Shown: positions 21,249-31,183, counted from the stretch's first letter. The stretch: DNA of 64,000 bases from an uncultured cyanobacterium (GCA_963703315.1 OY969811.1:3200001-3264000); one strand, 5' to 3'. The notes: a model not told the origin generated them from the sequence alone. Made by a program: numbers and translations.

Positions 21249-22508
21249 GTGGATACGCAGTATATATTAATGAACTCTTTATCCAACTCCTCCGACAAAA
21301 AAGAATTTGATAGTCTAGATCGAGAAGAATTGCTATTAACGGCGCAAAGACTTTTAGCAGAAGCTCAAGCTCTATCAGTGAGAATTGCGGCTGTTAATGA
21401 AATTGCCACAGCTATTAATCGAACTCTGAATCTTGATGAAATATTGCGAGTCATCGGCAAACAAGCTAAGTGGCTCCTAGATTTTGAACATCTGAGTGTC
21501 TATCTTCTCAAAAATGATTCGGGAAGATTTGTGAAACTAATTGGCACTCCAGTGGAGTTTGACGAATCAGTAATTTCTAATAGTAGTAGCTTCCATAAAG
21601 CTTTAAAAACTGGGCAATCGCAGCTTATTAAAGAAGCCACACCTAACGAATTTCTTAGTCAATATACTTCCCAAATCATTTTAGCCCTTGAGAATTCTAA
21701 GCAAATTCTTGGGGTAATTATTTTTGGGTCTACCAAACTACAGGCTTATAATCAAGAAGACCTAAGAATTGCCTATTTGTTAGCATTACAGCTATCTTCA
21801 GCGATTCGCAATGCCAACTCTTTTGAAGATCTCAACTTACTTAACATAGAAATTGAGAGAGAAAAACAAAAATCTGATCGATTATTATTAAATATTCTTC
21901 CTTCCCAAATAGCCGAAGAGATTAAGCAGAACGGTAGAGTTAAGCCCCTATACCATGCATCGGCAACAATCTTGTTTACTGATTTTGAGAACTTTTCGAT
22001 GATATCGAAGTTGATGAATCCTGAAGAACTAGTAGATGAGCTAGATTATTGTTTTTCAGCGTTCGATCAAATTATTGAGCGATATCAGCTAGAGAAGCTC
22101 AAGACAATTGGTGATAGCTATATGTGTTGTGGAGGTATTCCTAAATTTAATCAGACTCATGCGATCGATGTGGTGATTGCGGCTCTAGAGATTCAGAAAT
22201 TTATGGCATTACGCAAGCAGGAAAAAGCTAAACAAAGCCTACCTTATTGGGACACAAGGATTGGGATTCATTCTGGCTCATTATTGAGTGGTGTTATTGG
22301 TAGGAAGAAGTTTGTTTATGACGTGTGGGGAGATACGGTTAATCTCGCATCAAGGATGGAATCATCGGGGGTTGCTGGTGAAATTAATATTTCTCAATCT
22401 ACTTTTGAGTTAGTGAAAGATGTTTTTGATGTGGAGTATCGAGGAAAGATTTTGGCAAAAAACATGGGGAAAGTTGATATGTATCTAGTTAAAGGGATAA
22501 AAGATTAA
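21249..22508 (+). CDS. GAF-domain class III adenylate cyclase (likely ATG at 21270)
   Basis: ILFTDF, KLKTIGDSYM and YDVWGDTVNLASRMES; the K/D pair indicates ATP specificity. Confidence 0.9.
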   Translation: MDTQYILMNSLSNSSDKKEFDSLDREELLLTAQRLLAEAQALSVRIAAVNEIATAINRTLNLDEILRVIGKQAKWLLDFEHLSVYLLKNDSGRFVKLIGTPVEFDESVISNSSSFHKALKTGQSQLIKEATPNEFLSQYTSQIILALENSKQILGVIIFGSTKLQAYNQEDLRIAYLLALQLSSAIRNANSFEDLNLLNIEIEREKQKSDRLLLNILPSQIAEEIKQNGRVKPLYHASATILFTDFENFSMISKLMNPEELVDELDYCFSAFDQIIERYQLEKLKTIGDSYMCCGGIPKFNQTHAIDVVIAALEIQKFMALRKQEKAKQSLPYWDTRIGIHSGSLLSGVIGRKKFVYDVWGDTVNLASRMESSGVAGEINISQSTFELVKDVFDVEYRGKILAKNMGKVDMYLVKGIKD

Positions 22509-22520
22509 TATAGGTTCAAG

Positions 22521-22943
22521 GTGTTCTGGAGATATAAAAATATGCGTATTTTAAGAAAATTACCAATTCTTGAACTAGCTTTGGTATTAGTTGGCTATAT
22601 TGCTTACGGCTGGTTGTTATCTGTCCACAAAGCTGATTGGCGGATCTGGATTCCTATTGGGGCGATCGCGTTTGGAATGGAGTGGATTTTCTCAGTAGCA
22701 TGGGCGATCGCGGCAGTAGTATTTGTCTTTCTGAAAAAAGAGCAATTCTTACTATCAATTGGAATTAGCGTTATTTGGGCATTCCTCATCTATGTTGCCA
22801 GAATTGAACTTCGTGCTTTTATGAATAATCGCGGTTGGAACTTTTTTGTATTGGCGTTAATTGCGGGTGCAGGTTTAGGTCTGGGATGGTTTACCGATAC
22901 TTTACCGATGATGCGTACTTTGGGAGAATCATTGATTAAATAG
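22521..22943 (+). CDS. Hypothetical membrane protein
   Basis: Several hydrophobic helices; follows the cyclase by 12 bp. Confidence 0.65.
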   Translation: MFWRYKNMRILRKLPILELALVLVGYIAYGWLLSVHKADWRIWIPIGAIAFGMEWIFSVAWAIAAVVFVFLKKEQFLLSIGISVIWAFLIYVARIELRAFMNNRGWNFFVLALIAGAGLGLGWFTDTLPMMRTLGESLIK

Positions 22944-22947
22944 TTTA

Positions 22948-22989
22948 GAAAACTTTGAAAGCGTGGCTTCGCCACGCTTTCAAAGTTTT
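22948..22989. terminator. Perfect hairpin with a GCTTCGC tip
   Basis: aaaactttgaaagcgtggc-ttc-gccacgctttcaaagtttt. Confidence 0.7.
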
Positions 22990-23011
22990 TACTTCAAGAC
23001 TCAATCGGCTG

Positions 23012-23133
23012 TAAGTTAGGCTCTTGGAATTAAATGTAGGATGGGTTAGCGATCGCGTAACCCATCATCTTTACCCAATTGATGCGTTACGTTGCACTAA
23101 CGCATCCTACAAATAGTTAAACCTATCTACTTA
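23012..23133. repeat. TAAGT...CTACTTA element enclosing a REP doublet
   Basis: Core at 23036-23110 matches 16665-16739. Confidence 0.8.
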
Positions 23134-23180
23134 TTAGTTTGATTTCACAAAAAAAGAGACGTAAAACGTCTCTTTTGGGC

Positions 23181-23813
23181 TTAGGTAGAAACTTGATTAA
23201 AGCGATTATTCCAGTAAAAGGCGATCGCTAAGTTAATCCACTTAAAGATGTAATAGAGGCTCGTAAAAATAATAAAAAATAAAATCGTACCGAAGAAAAA
23301 ACTGGGGTTGTAGAAATTACTAATTGCTTCACGGATGACTTGTCGAGGCTGCGTAAATACATCCCAACTATTTAGTCGATTTACTCTCCCCCAATACACA
23401 CCGATCGCACAGATGAAATTCATCGCTATCTCTAGCCCAGTCGTATTTTTGACCAGCTTTAGCCAACCTAGATATTGCATGAGCTTCATCATCGAGATAA
23501 CGTAACACTGAAAACCTAACAATAGAAAAATCGTGTATTGCGGAATCAATACAAAAATTACACCGTTAGGGGAAATCTCTAGCGCTCGTGCATTATCCAC
23601 AAAATGAATAATGTCAGTAATTATGTAAGGTGCATTTGGTAAAAATAAGATAAAAACTGCTAAACCGAACCACCAGATCGGATTTTTAGATAATCGCCTT
23701 GGCGATCGCCTAGCAAATAAGATAAAGCTAAGTACGCAAGGAATTATTGCTAAAAATAGATTCCAGCCCATCCATTGAAAATTCCCTACAAAATACTCAA
23801 ATGCTTCTGTCAT
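23181..23813 (-). CDS. DUF1361 membrane protein
   Basis: WNLFLAIIP, FLPNAPYIITDIIH and GVYWGRVNRLNSWD. Confidence 0.88.
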   Translation of the reverse strand: MTEAFEYFVGNFQWMGWNLFLAIIPCVLSFILFARRSPRRLSKNPIWWFGLAVFILFLPNAPYIITDIIHFVDNARALEISPNGVIFVLIPQYTIFLLLGFQCYVISMMKLMQYLGWLKLVKNTTGLEIAMNFICAIGVYWGRVNRLNSWDVFTQPRQVIREAISNFYNPSFFFGTILFFIIFTSLYYIFKWINLAIAFYWNNRFNQVST

Positions 23814-23945
23814 AATTTCGACTCCGTAGTATGGTGAATAAGTAGCGACGTACTACTTAGGGACTCGCATTAGAATAAAGAATCGATTTTTATGGTGCGG
23901 TGTAGCCACACCACAAAAAACTGGTTTCTTATTGGTTTTTTATGA

Positions 23946-24692
23946 TTGACTTCCATGATAAATAGTTTCCCCATCACACAGGGCTGGTTAATCGCGATCG
24001 CCCTAAATACTGTTCTCGGTGCGATCGCCCTATTTTTACCTCGCAAAGTCTTAACGACGATGGGGATTTATCATGCATGGGCGCTAGGGATTACCATCTG
24101 GGGTTGTTTAGGATGGCAAGGATATGTCGTTATTTTAAGCTATCTCATCGTTGGTTCGGGGGTAACGCGCATTGGCAAAGACATCAAAGAAGCTAAAGGT
24201 ATTGCCGAGAAACGCGATGGCGCAAGAGGTCCTGAAAATCTTTGGGGATCGGCAGCAACAGGTGCTATTTGTGCAATTGGTCAAGCGATCGCGCCTAATC
24301 CTCTATGGTTAATTGCCTATACCGCCAGTCTCAGTACCAAACTCGCTGATACCACTGCTAGTGAAATTGGTAAGGCTTATGGCAAAAGTACGTTTTTAAT
24401 TACCACCCTAAAACCTGTTCCCGCAGGTACTGAGGGCGCAGTCAGTCTTGAAGGCACGATCGCAGGTGTGATTGGTTCATTATTGATTGCGACAATTGGT
24501 TGGGCTGTGGGTTTATTAACTAGCCCTTGGGAGCTACTTTGGTGTGCGATCGCCGCCTTTATTGCGACTAATATCGAAAGTTTGATCGGGGCAACTTTAC
24601 AAGAAAAATATGAATGGCTGACCAATGAACTAGTCAATGGCATTAATACAACTATAGGCGCGGCGATCGCTGTCTTAATTGCGTACTTATAG
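23946..24692 (+). CDS. DUF92/TIGR00297 membrane protein
   Basis: GARGPENLWGS, KLADTTASEIGK and GTEGAVSLEGT. Confidence 0.9.
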   Translation: MTSMINSFPITQGWLIAIALNTVLGAIALFLPRKVLTTMGIYHAWALGITIWGCLGWQGYVVILSYLIVGSGVTRIGKDIKEAKGIAEKRDGARGPENLWGSAATGAICAIGQAIAPNPLWLIAYTASLSTKLADTTASEIGKAYGKSTFLITTLKPVPAGTEGAVSLEGTIAGVIGSLLIATIGWAVGLLTSPWELLWCAIAAFIATNIESLIGATLQEKYEWLTNELVNGINTTIGAAIAVLIAYL

Positions 24693-24774
24693 CTGTACCA
24701 AAACCCAAAAGAGAGTTGCGGCGCGAAGCGCCGCAACTCTCTTTTGGGTTTTATGTCTTAAACTTGCTTGGCTA
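24688..24774. repeat. TATAG-type miniature element with a GCGAAGC hairpin
   Basis: aaaacccaaaagagagttgcggcgc-gaa-gcgccgcaactctcttttgggtttt; inverted relative of 33644-33754. Confidence 0.8.
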
Positions 24775-24965
24775 ATGATGCGTCTGGATATCACTATTAG
24801 AAATCCTTAAGCAGAAATTAACTTAGATTTAACCTCACAAAGTACATCTCAAATCATGATTATTGAACCTATCGCTATCATCATTCTTGTTAGGATACAG
24901 ACGAGTTACGGCGCGAAGCACTGCAACTCGCTTCTTGGTTATTTTGTATAAAGTGGAGTTTAATT

Positions 24966-25334
24966 TTGACTACAATCGATTTGTTTAACAGTTCCAAAGA
25001 TTTTGTCACCATTCCCGCAGGTCAAGCCATCTTTCAAAAAGGGGAAACTGCTAATTATATGTATGCAATCATTGAAGGAGAAGTAGAAATCTCTATAGAT
25101 GGCAAATTGTTAGAGATAACTGGAGTTGGTGGAATTGTTGGCGAAATGGCACTAATTAGCTCAAGTCCCAGAAGTGCAACTGCGATCGCTAAGACAGAAT
25201 GTAAGTTGGTTCCTGTCGATCAAAAGCGGTTTACTTTTTTGGTACAACAAACTCCAAATTTTGCAATTAATGTGATGAAAATTATGGTTGAAAGAATCAG
25301 AAAACTAGACGCTCTTGTACTCGGAATTAAATAA
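24966..25334 (+). CDS. Stand-alone cyclic nucleotide-binding protein
   Basis: GEMALI...PRSATA phosphate-binding cassette; no HTH. Confidence 0.88.
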   Translation: MTTIDLFNSSKDFVTIPAGQAIFQKGETANYMYAIIEGEVEISIDGKLLEITGVGGIVGEMALISSSPRSATAIAKTECKLVPVDQKRFTFLVQQTPNFAINVMKIMVERIRKLDALVLGIK

Positions 25335-25335
25335 T

Positions 25336-25424
25336 TTAGGACTTACGCAAAATAAATTCCGCATTTCATCGTAGGGGCAATTCATGAATTGCCCCTACAT
25401 TTGGTCATTTTGCCTAAGTCCTAA
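25336..25424. repeat. TTAGGACTTACGCA...-ended element enclosing a GTAGGGGC REP
   Basis: 17-bp IR with one mismatch; internal gtaggggcaattcatgaattgcccctac. Confidence 0.8.
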
Positions 25425-25427
25425 TCT

Positions 25428-26192
25428 TTATGAACCCAAGTAAGCTTCTAAAACCTTGGGATCGGCTTGGATTTCTTTAGGAGAACCATCAGCAAGATTG
25501 TGACCTTCGGCTAAAACCCAGACGCGATCGCACAATGACATAATCACATCCATGTTGTGTTCGATAATCAAAAAGCTCAATCCGTCTTGATTTAACTTGT
25601 GGATAAGGCTACAAATTTCTTCAATCAAGGCAGGATTTACCCCCGCCGCAGGTTCATCTAACAAAATTAATTTAGGGTCAGTCATCAAGGCGCGAGCAAT
25701 TTCTAACAATTTGCGTTGACCACCTGACAGGCAACCCGCATAGTCATCCGCCATTCTGATTAAGCCAACCGACTCAAGAATATGTCTCGCTTTCTCGCGA
25801 TTTTCCCGTTCCTGAGTTGCAATTTTCTGCCCTTGAAACCAAGTATTCCAAAACTTTTCGCCCACTTGATCTTGAGCCGCTAGCAGCATATTTTCTAGTA
25901 CTGATAGTCGCGACAGCACGCGAGGTACTTGAAAGGTACGGATCATACCTAGTTTGGCGATCGCATGGGGTGGCTTGCCTTGAATCGGCATTCCATTAAA
26001 CTGCACCGTCCCGCGATCGGGTTTCAGGAAATTAGACAGCAATCCAAAAAATGTGGTTTTCCCTGCACCATTGGGACCAATTAGCCCTGTGATACTTCCC
26101 GCAGGGACTTCAATCTGGGCATTACTAACGGCATGAATGCCACCAAAGGATTTCGAGATGTTTTCAGCTTTTAGAATGGGGGCGATCGGCAT
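25428..26192 (-). CDS. Branched-chain/neutral amino acid ABC ATPase (LivG/NatA type)
   Basis: GPNGAGKTT, LSGGQRK, LLDEPAAG and VLEAYLG. Confidence 0.92.
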   Translation of the reverse strand: MPIAPILKAENISKSFGGIHAVSNAQIEVPAGSITGLIGPNGAGKTTFFGLLSNFLKPDRGTVQFNGMPIQGKPPHAIAKLGMIRTFQVPRVLSRLSVLENMLLAAQDQVGEKFWNTWFQGQKIATQERENREKARHILESVGLIRMADDYAGCLSGGQRKLLEIARALMTDPKLILLDEPAAGVNPALIEEICSLIHKLNQDGLSFLIIEHNMDVIMSLCDRVWVLAEGHNLADGSPKEIQADPKVLEAYLGS

Positions 26193-26220
26193 AGATTTCG
26201 ATAGTTAGCAGTTGGGAATA

Positions 26221-26628
26221 CTAGGCAAATAAGTTAACAAAGTCTGTGGCTTTAGCGATCGCAATATTCTGATGTTGACTAAGTGACAGAAGATGTTTAT
26301 CACCTGTAATTATATGTGTTGCACAACCAGCTACAGCACATTCAATCACCATATCGTCATCAGGATCATTAGGCACGACTTTAAGTGTTCCCGAAATTGT
26401 CACTATCCGCGAAAGTTTCTGTATTTCATTAATAGCAAATTGAGTTTTTTCTTCAGAGAATTTAAATTTTAATAATAGCTTTTCAGCAAATTCATCTAAA
26501 ATTTCTTGGCAGGTAACAGACTCTATTTGTCCAATTTTTGCTAGGGCTAAGGCTCGAAATGGACTTCCAGTTTGTGAGAACAATGCCGAAATTAGGATGT
26601 TTGTGTCAAAAACAACAATATATTTCAT
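26221..26628 (-). CDS. PIN-domain putative toxin
   Basis: VVFDTNILISAL...DPDDDMVIECA...ITGDKHLL. Confidence 0.9.
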   Translation of the reverse strand: MKYIVVFDTNILISALFSQTGSPFRALALAKIGQIESVTCQEILDEFAEKLLLKFKFSEEKTQFAINEIQKLSRIVTISGTLKVVPNDPDDDMVIECAVAGCATHIITGDKHLLSLSQHQNIAIAKATDFVNLFA

Positions 26629-26882
26629 GGAGTTTCATGTAAAACTTCATCAATAAATTCTTCTCTTTCTGCTTCTGACATCTTTTCCCAGTCATATCCT
26701 CTCTCTTTTGCTGCAAGTTTGACTTTATCAGATCCATAGCTAGACAAATCTTGCCATTCTTGCCATTGAGAAATCAATAAAAATCTAAATATCTCTGTTT
26801 TTTGTTCTTGGGGTAGTTGTTTAACAAGTTCTACAACTTGTTCATTACTGAGTGTTATGCTTGGCATCTTTTTATCCTCCAA
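26625..26882 (-). CDS. Putative antitoxin upstream of the PIN toxin
   Basis: Small ORF with an ATGA overlap on the PIN gene. Confidence 0.7.
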   Translation of the reverse strand: MEDKKMPSITLSNEQVVELVKQLPQEQKTEIFRFLLISQWQEWQDLSSYGSDKVKLAAKERGYDWEKMSEAEREEFIDEVLHETP

Positions 26883-26930
26883 TAAAAATTAAATATTAAG
26901 TTTTCCTGTTAGTAAGTTAGAAGTATAAGA

Positions 26931-27044
26931 TTAGAGCTTTTTCCTACCTATACCTAGTCGAAAGTAATGTATTAAGTCATAAATTTCGGCAAGCTTTTCT
27001 TCTGGGATGTCTTGCAGTTCTTGGACAATCTTCTGAATCAGCAT
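26931..27044 (-). pseudogene. 37-aa antitoxin-like remnant (DUF2281-like)
   Basis: Manual translation MLIQKIVQELQDIPEEKLAEIYDLIHYFRLGIGRKKL*. Confidence 0.5.
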
Positions 27045-27055
27045 AAGTCAACTTC

Positions 27056-28537
27056 CTAAACCAATTTGTCTAATATATTTTTAATTTCAGCCCAACCATC
27101 TGAAATTGTGTGGAAATCTTTCTCTGGTGTACGAATAGGTAAAGTTTCATACAATTCATTAAGTTGAGAAACATCTGCTCTAGAATTCCTTTTCATTATT
27201 GAAAATAATATTGCTGTTGCTAGTTTCTGGGCTACTTCTTCAGCTTGAAAGATTAATGTGTCATCATAAATCGAATTGCCATGTAAAAGATCATTTCTAA
27301 CTTTAATAAACATGGGCGTATCATCTGCATTCATATACTTTGCCCAATCAATGCTTAAATCATTAACAAAGAATCTAATTACCATTGAAAGAAATGGAGT
27401 TTTAGGTCTAATTTCTCTTAGCTTCCTGAAATCTCTGTCCCTTAAATTCAAAAGTGGATTAGTATTTGAGCTTTCGTTAACAATCTTCAGAAGACCATCC
27501 ATGTTTTGAAACCAAAAAGAATAAAAATACTCTATTGCAGAGCATGATGCCATTAACTTTAGTTCTACTGAAGATTCATAAACTGTTAGTTTTAAATGTT
27601 GTATCCCTCTACTAAGTTGCTTGTTTATAGGACAACATTCAAGAAAAGCAATGGCGTTGTTTAGAAAATTAATTCCTTGGTTAGAAGATGAATTACTGTT
27701 TTTTTGTATTTTCCTTCTTCCCCAAACAGGAATTATGTAGCCATCAATATATTTGGTGTGTGTGAAAATCGAATAATCATAGTAAATTGGGAGTATTTCA
27801 CAATCACAAATAATACTAAGAAATGCACAAGTATCGTTAAGAACATTTTCTAAGTGGCTTGCTATTTCAACATCCTTAGGGTCGTCAATACCTAAATTAT
27901 TTATTAATGGAAGTTTAACATCTATAAAGCTTAGCTTGTATAGAGTGTCAATATTATTATTGTAGAACACATTATGATTTTTATGGGCAATATACTTTTT
28001 CCCGCATCTAATGCTATATCCTGAATTTAAAGCGCAATATAAATTTTGTTCACCTATCAGATTATTACTTGTACGATTTTTCCTGCTAGGCATATTTTGA
28101 AATTCTGTAATAAAATACTTATCATGTAATGATACTTCGTCATTCAAATATGCTCTTAAACTAACAAAATGTTCAGAATCTTTTTGAATGGTTGACCTGA
28201 TTTTATTCTCTGAATAAGTTACAAATCTCACTACATCAAAATCTGTTGTACCATCATTAGAATACAAGGGTGGGATTGAGCAACCAATCAGTAATATGCT
28301 TTCTTGAATAATAATAAACTGCTGATGATCATCAATCATTTTTGTAGTGATTTCATGAATCTCGTTGTCAGAAATATCACTCCAAATTATCTTTACGCTA
28401 ATATCAACATAATCTGTAACAGTAAGATATAAACTAATTCTTATTAATTGAACGCAATCTTTCAATAACAACTTAGCATTTCCATGATAAGACCAATCTC
28501 CGGGGAAATCACCTGTTTTTATAGGAGTATGCATCAT
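27056..28537 (-). CDS. AT-rich protein with a C-terminal HEPN-like RxxxxH motif (ApeA-like candidate)
   Basis: KLMASCSAIE helix and KVRNDLLHG; visibly AT-rich; no HIP1 seen. Confidence 0.6.
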   Translation of the reverse strand: MMHTPIKTGDFPGDWSYHGNAKLLLKDCVQLIRISLYLTVTDYVDISVKIIWSDISDNEIHEITTKMIDDHQQFIIIQESILLIGCSIPPLYSNDGTTDFDVVRFVTYSENKIRSTIQKDSEHFVSLRAYLNDEVSLHDKYFITEFQNMPSRKNRTSNNLIGEQNLYCALNSGYSIRCGKKYIAHKNHNVFYNNNIDTLYKLSFIDVKLPLINNLGIDDPKDVEIASHLENVLNDTCAFLSIICDCEILPIYYDYSIFTHTKYIDGYIIPVWGRRKIQKNSNSSSNQGINFLNNAIAFLECCPINKQLSRGIQHLKLTVYESSVELKLMASCSAIEYFYSFWFQNMDGLLKIVNESSNTNPLLNLRDRDFRKLREIRPKTPFLSMVIRFFVNDLSIDWAKYMNADDTPMFIKVRNDLLHGNSIYDDTLIFQAEEVAQKLATAILFSIMKRNSRADVSQLNELYETLPIRTPEKDFHTISDGWAEIKNILDKLV

Positions 28538-28553
28538 ATTTTTTATTTTGAAT

Positions 28554-28742
28554 TAAATATTTAGAGCAATTTGATTAGTTGCTTCAACATTACATTGAGC
28601 TTCTCCTTTAGCTAGACCTTCGCGCAAAATTTCTTGATAGACTACAGACTCTTCCATGATCTCACTCCTGAGTAATCGTTGAATTACTTCATGCTCTAAT
28701 ACTAACCCAGAAATAATTGCTGTGGCAGCAGCGACATTACTA
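28554..28742 (-). pseudogene. C-terminal fragment of an Rpn/PD-(D/E)XK transposase-like protein
   Basis: SNVAAATAIISGLVLEHEVIQRLLRSEIMEESVVYQEILREG, with no N-terminus. Confidence 0.7.
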
Positions 28743-28844
28743 AACTAACATTGCTTGGACTGGGGCAAAGATCGCGCATTTCGTCAAAAGCAATATCATA
28801 AGCCAAGCTATAATTTTTGCATAATTAGTAATCCCACTAAGCGT

Positions 28845-29129
28845 ATGACCACTTTAGAAATTCGTCATCAAATCGAAGAGTATATTGATTGCTTATCTTC
28901 TGAAGGATTAAAAGTAACCGTAGATTTTTTGGCATATCTTGCAGAACGGGAAAGCCAACAAGCAACAGATGAATTACTCAGTATTCCTGACTTTTTGGAA
29001 TCTTGGGAACAAGGTAAACAAGATATTGCTAAAGGTAATCTAACTAACTGGCGTAGTATTCGCGATGAGCAAGCTAAACAAGTTCGTATAACTAACATTG
29101 CTCATCGCAGTGACATATACGATCGCTAA
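28845..29129 (+). pseudogene. Antitoxin fused in frame to the last ~20 aa of a RelE-like toxin
   Basis: MTTLEIRHQ...ATDELLSIP...NWRSIR joined to DEQAKQVRITNIAHRSDIY. Confidence 0.6.
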
Positions 29130-31102
29130 ACCGACATTGCTTGTACTGGTAAAGCGATCGCCCCCACGACTGGTAACTCACAACGATCTTGATACACGCT
29201 TAAATCAAACCAGAAAGTCGTACCCACACCAACCTCACTCTTAATATGAATCGCACTGTGGTGTTTTTCGATAATGTTGCGGACGATTGATAGACCTAAG
29301 CCAGTGCCTTCGAGAGTATGCACTTTATCCTCGACGCGGTAAAAACGATCAAATACGCGATCGCAATCTTCGGCAGGAATGCCACAGCCTGTATCTTCGA
29401 CTTCGACACGCACATAATTTACAGTGCGATGCGGCTGGGTCGTAGTTTGATCTTGCCAAGGATAAATCCGAATTGTGACTTTGCCCCCTGATTCGGTGAA
29501 CTTGAGCGCATTGCCAACAAGGTTAGATAAAACCTGCAAAATCAAATCATAATTGCCCCAAATTCTTTCTAGATTTGGCTCGATTTCATGGATAAGCTCA
29601 ATACCTTTTGAGGAAGCATTGAGTTTATAGGTGCGTACCGTTTGTTCGATGGTTTCGGACAGGTCGATCGCCGAGAAATGATATTGACGACCTGACTCTA
29701 GGCGAGAGAGATCTAGTACATCATTAACAAGGCGCGTCAGGCGATCGGTTTCATTATTGGCTGTACCAAGAAATTCTTTTTTCTGATCTTCGCTCAGTTC
29801 ATCACCATACTCATGCAAAGTCTCAATGAAAGACTTGATATTAAACAAAGGCGTGCGTAATTCATGACTGACATTGCTGATAAATCGACTCTGCGCCGCA
29901 TTTAGCTCCACCTCACGGGTGATGTCTTGGATCGTAATCGCAATCCCCTTAATGGCATTACTCGTACTAAGTACACTGGTAATCCAGATCCTAAAAGCAT
30001 GAGCTAACACCGAGTCCCCTTTATCCCCCGATGCCATGATCCGAAATTCTCCGCCTTCGCGATCGCCTGTGGCAATTTGCATCAGCGATCGCCCTAAATC
30101 CGCACTGAGACGCTCTGGCAAAATATTCAAAATGCTTTTGCATTTCCAGTCACCCTTTACAGGTTCTTGATCCCAACCCATAATCTTGATTGCCGCAGGA
30201 TTAGCCAGCACAATCCGCATATCTGAATCGAGTAACAACGCCCCATCAGCGATCGTTGATACCAGCGTTTCTAGCTTTGCCTTTTCCGCCGTTAGCTCCT
30301 CAATATTCTGCTCCTCATAAGTTTTCAACCTCTGTGCCATCTCATTAAAGCTACGAATTAATTCCCCTAATTCGCCACCAAAGGGCAGATCAATACGCTG
30401 CTTGAAATTACCACTCGCAATATTTTGTACCCCCGCCACCAATTCTCGCAGTGGTCGCGTAATTGTCACTGAGTTTGAGGCTGCCCCCAAAATTACCATT
30501 GCCCAAATTGACACAAATACTGCCGTCGTGACATCTAAGGTCAAGCTTGATGAAGCAACGGCGGTGGGATTTGGGTTAATCCCGATCGCAATAATCCCCA
30601 GAGCCGTGCCATCATGTTGCAAATTCACAAATATATCAGTAACCTCCCCCTGCGGTGTAATATGTTGACGCACCAAGGGGCGATCGGGACGCATTATTGG
30701 ATCTTCAGGTAACTGAATGCGTCGCCTGATACTTAGAGAGTTTTGCACCTCATTAGACGTAAACGGAATGCCATAAAAAATTTCCCCATCAGGATCGGCA
30801 TAGAGAATGTAGCGAATACTGGAACTACTATCGTAAAATTCTTTAGATAGACGAGTTAGTTCACCTAAGTCATTTTTGGCAACTAAGGGGGCAACATTAG
30901 CTGCAAGCAACAGTCCCAAATCTTTGCCAAAGCGCGTATCATTAAGGCGAGCATCGGTCTGAATATCGTTGACTGCCCAAAAGGTAACTGCACTCATCAG
31001 CAAAGATACTAACAGGGTGATCAGAGCCATTAGCTTGGTTTGCAGTGAAAACTCTGTCCACCAACGTCGGAATGTATTGTAAATTTGAAGCAAAAAGTTC
31101 AT
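29126..31102 (-). CDS. nblS: Sensor histidine kinase NblS/Hik33/DspA
   Basis: RWWTEFSLQTKLMA, ARLNDTRFG, HAMP, PAS and SHELRTPLFNIKSFIETL; start at MNFLL. Confidence 0.93.
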   Translation of the reverse strand: MNFLLQIYNTFRRWWTEFSLQTKLMALITLLVSLLMSAVTFWAVNDIQTDARLNDTRFGKDLGLLLAANVAPLVAKNDLGELTRLSKEFYDSSSSIRYILYADPDGEIFYGIPFTSNEVQNSLSIRRRIQLPEDPIMRPDRPLVRQHITPQGEVTDIFVNLQHDGTALGIIAIGINPNPTAVASSSLTLDVTTAVFVSIWAMVILGAASNSVTITRPLRELVAGVQNIASGNFKQRIDLPFGGELGELIRSFNEMAQRLKTYEEQNIEELTAEKAKLETLVSTIADGALLLDSDMRIVLANPAAIKIMGWDQEPVKGDWKCKSILNILPERLSADLGRSLMQIATGDREGGEFRIMASGDKGDSVLAHAFRIWITSVLSTSNAIKGIAITIQDITREVELNAAQSRFISNVSHELRTPLFNIKSFIETLHEYGDELSEDQKKEFLGTANNETDRLTRLVNDVLDLSRLESGRQYHFSAIDLSETIEQTVRTYKLNASSKGIELIHEIEPNLERIWGNYDLILQVLSNLVGNALKFTESGGKVTIRIYPWQDQTTTQPHRTVNYVRVEVEDTGCGIPAEDCDRVFDRFYRVEDKVHTLEGTGLGLSIVRNIIEKHHSAIHIKSEVGVGTTFWFDLSVYQDRCELPVVGAIALPVQAMSV

Positions 31103-31183
31103 CTTTTTGTAGGCATTTGTTAGGTATTTGGATGGCTTTTCGTTTAATATGTGCGATCGAAACGCAAGGGTGAGGATCTCAAG

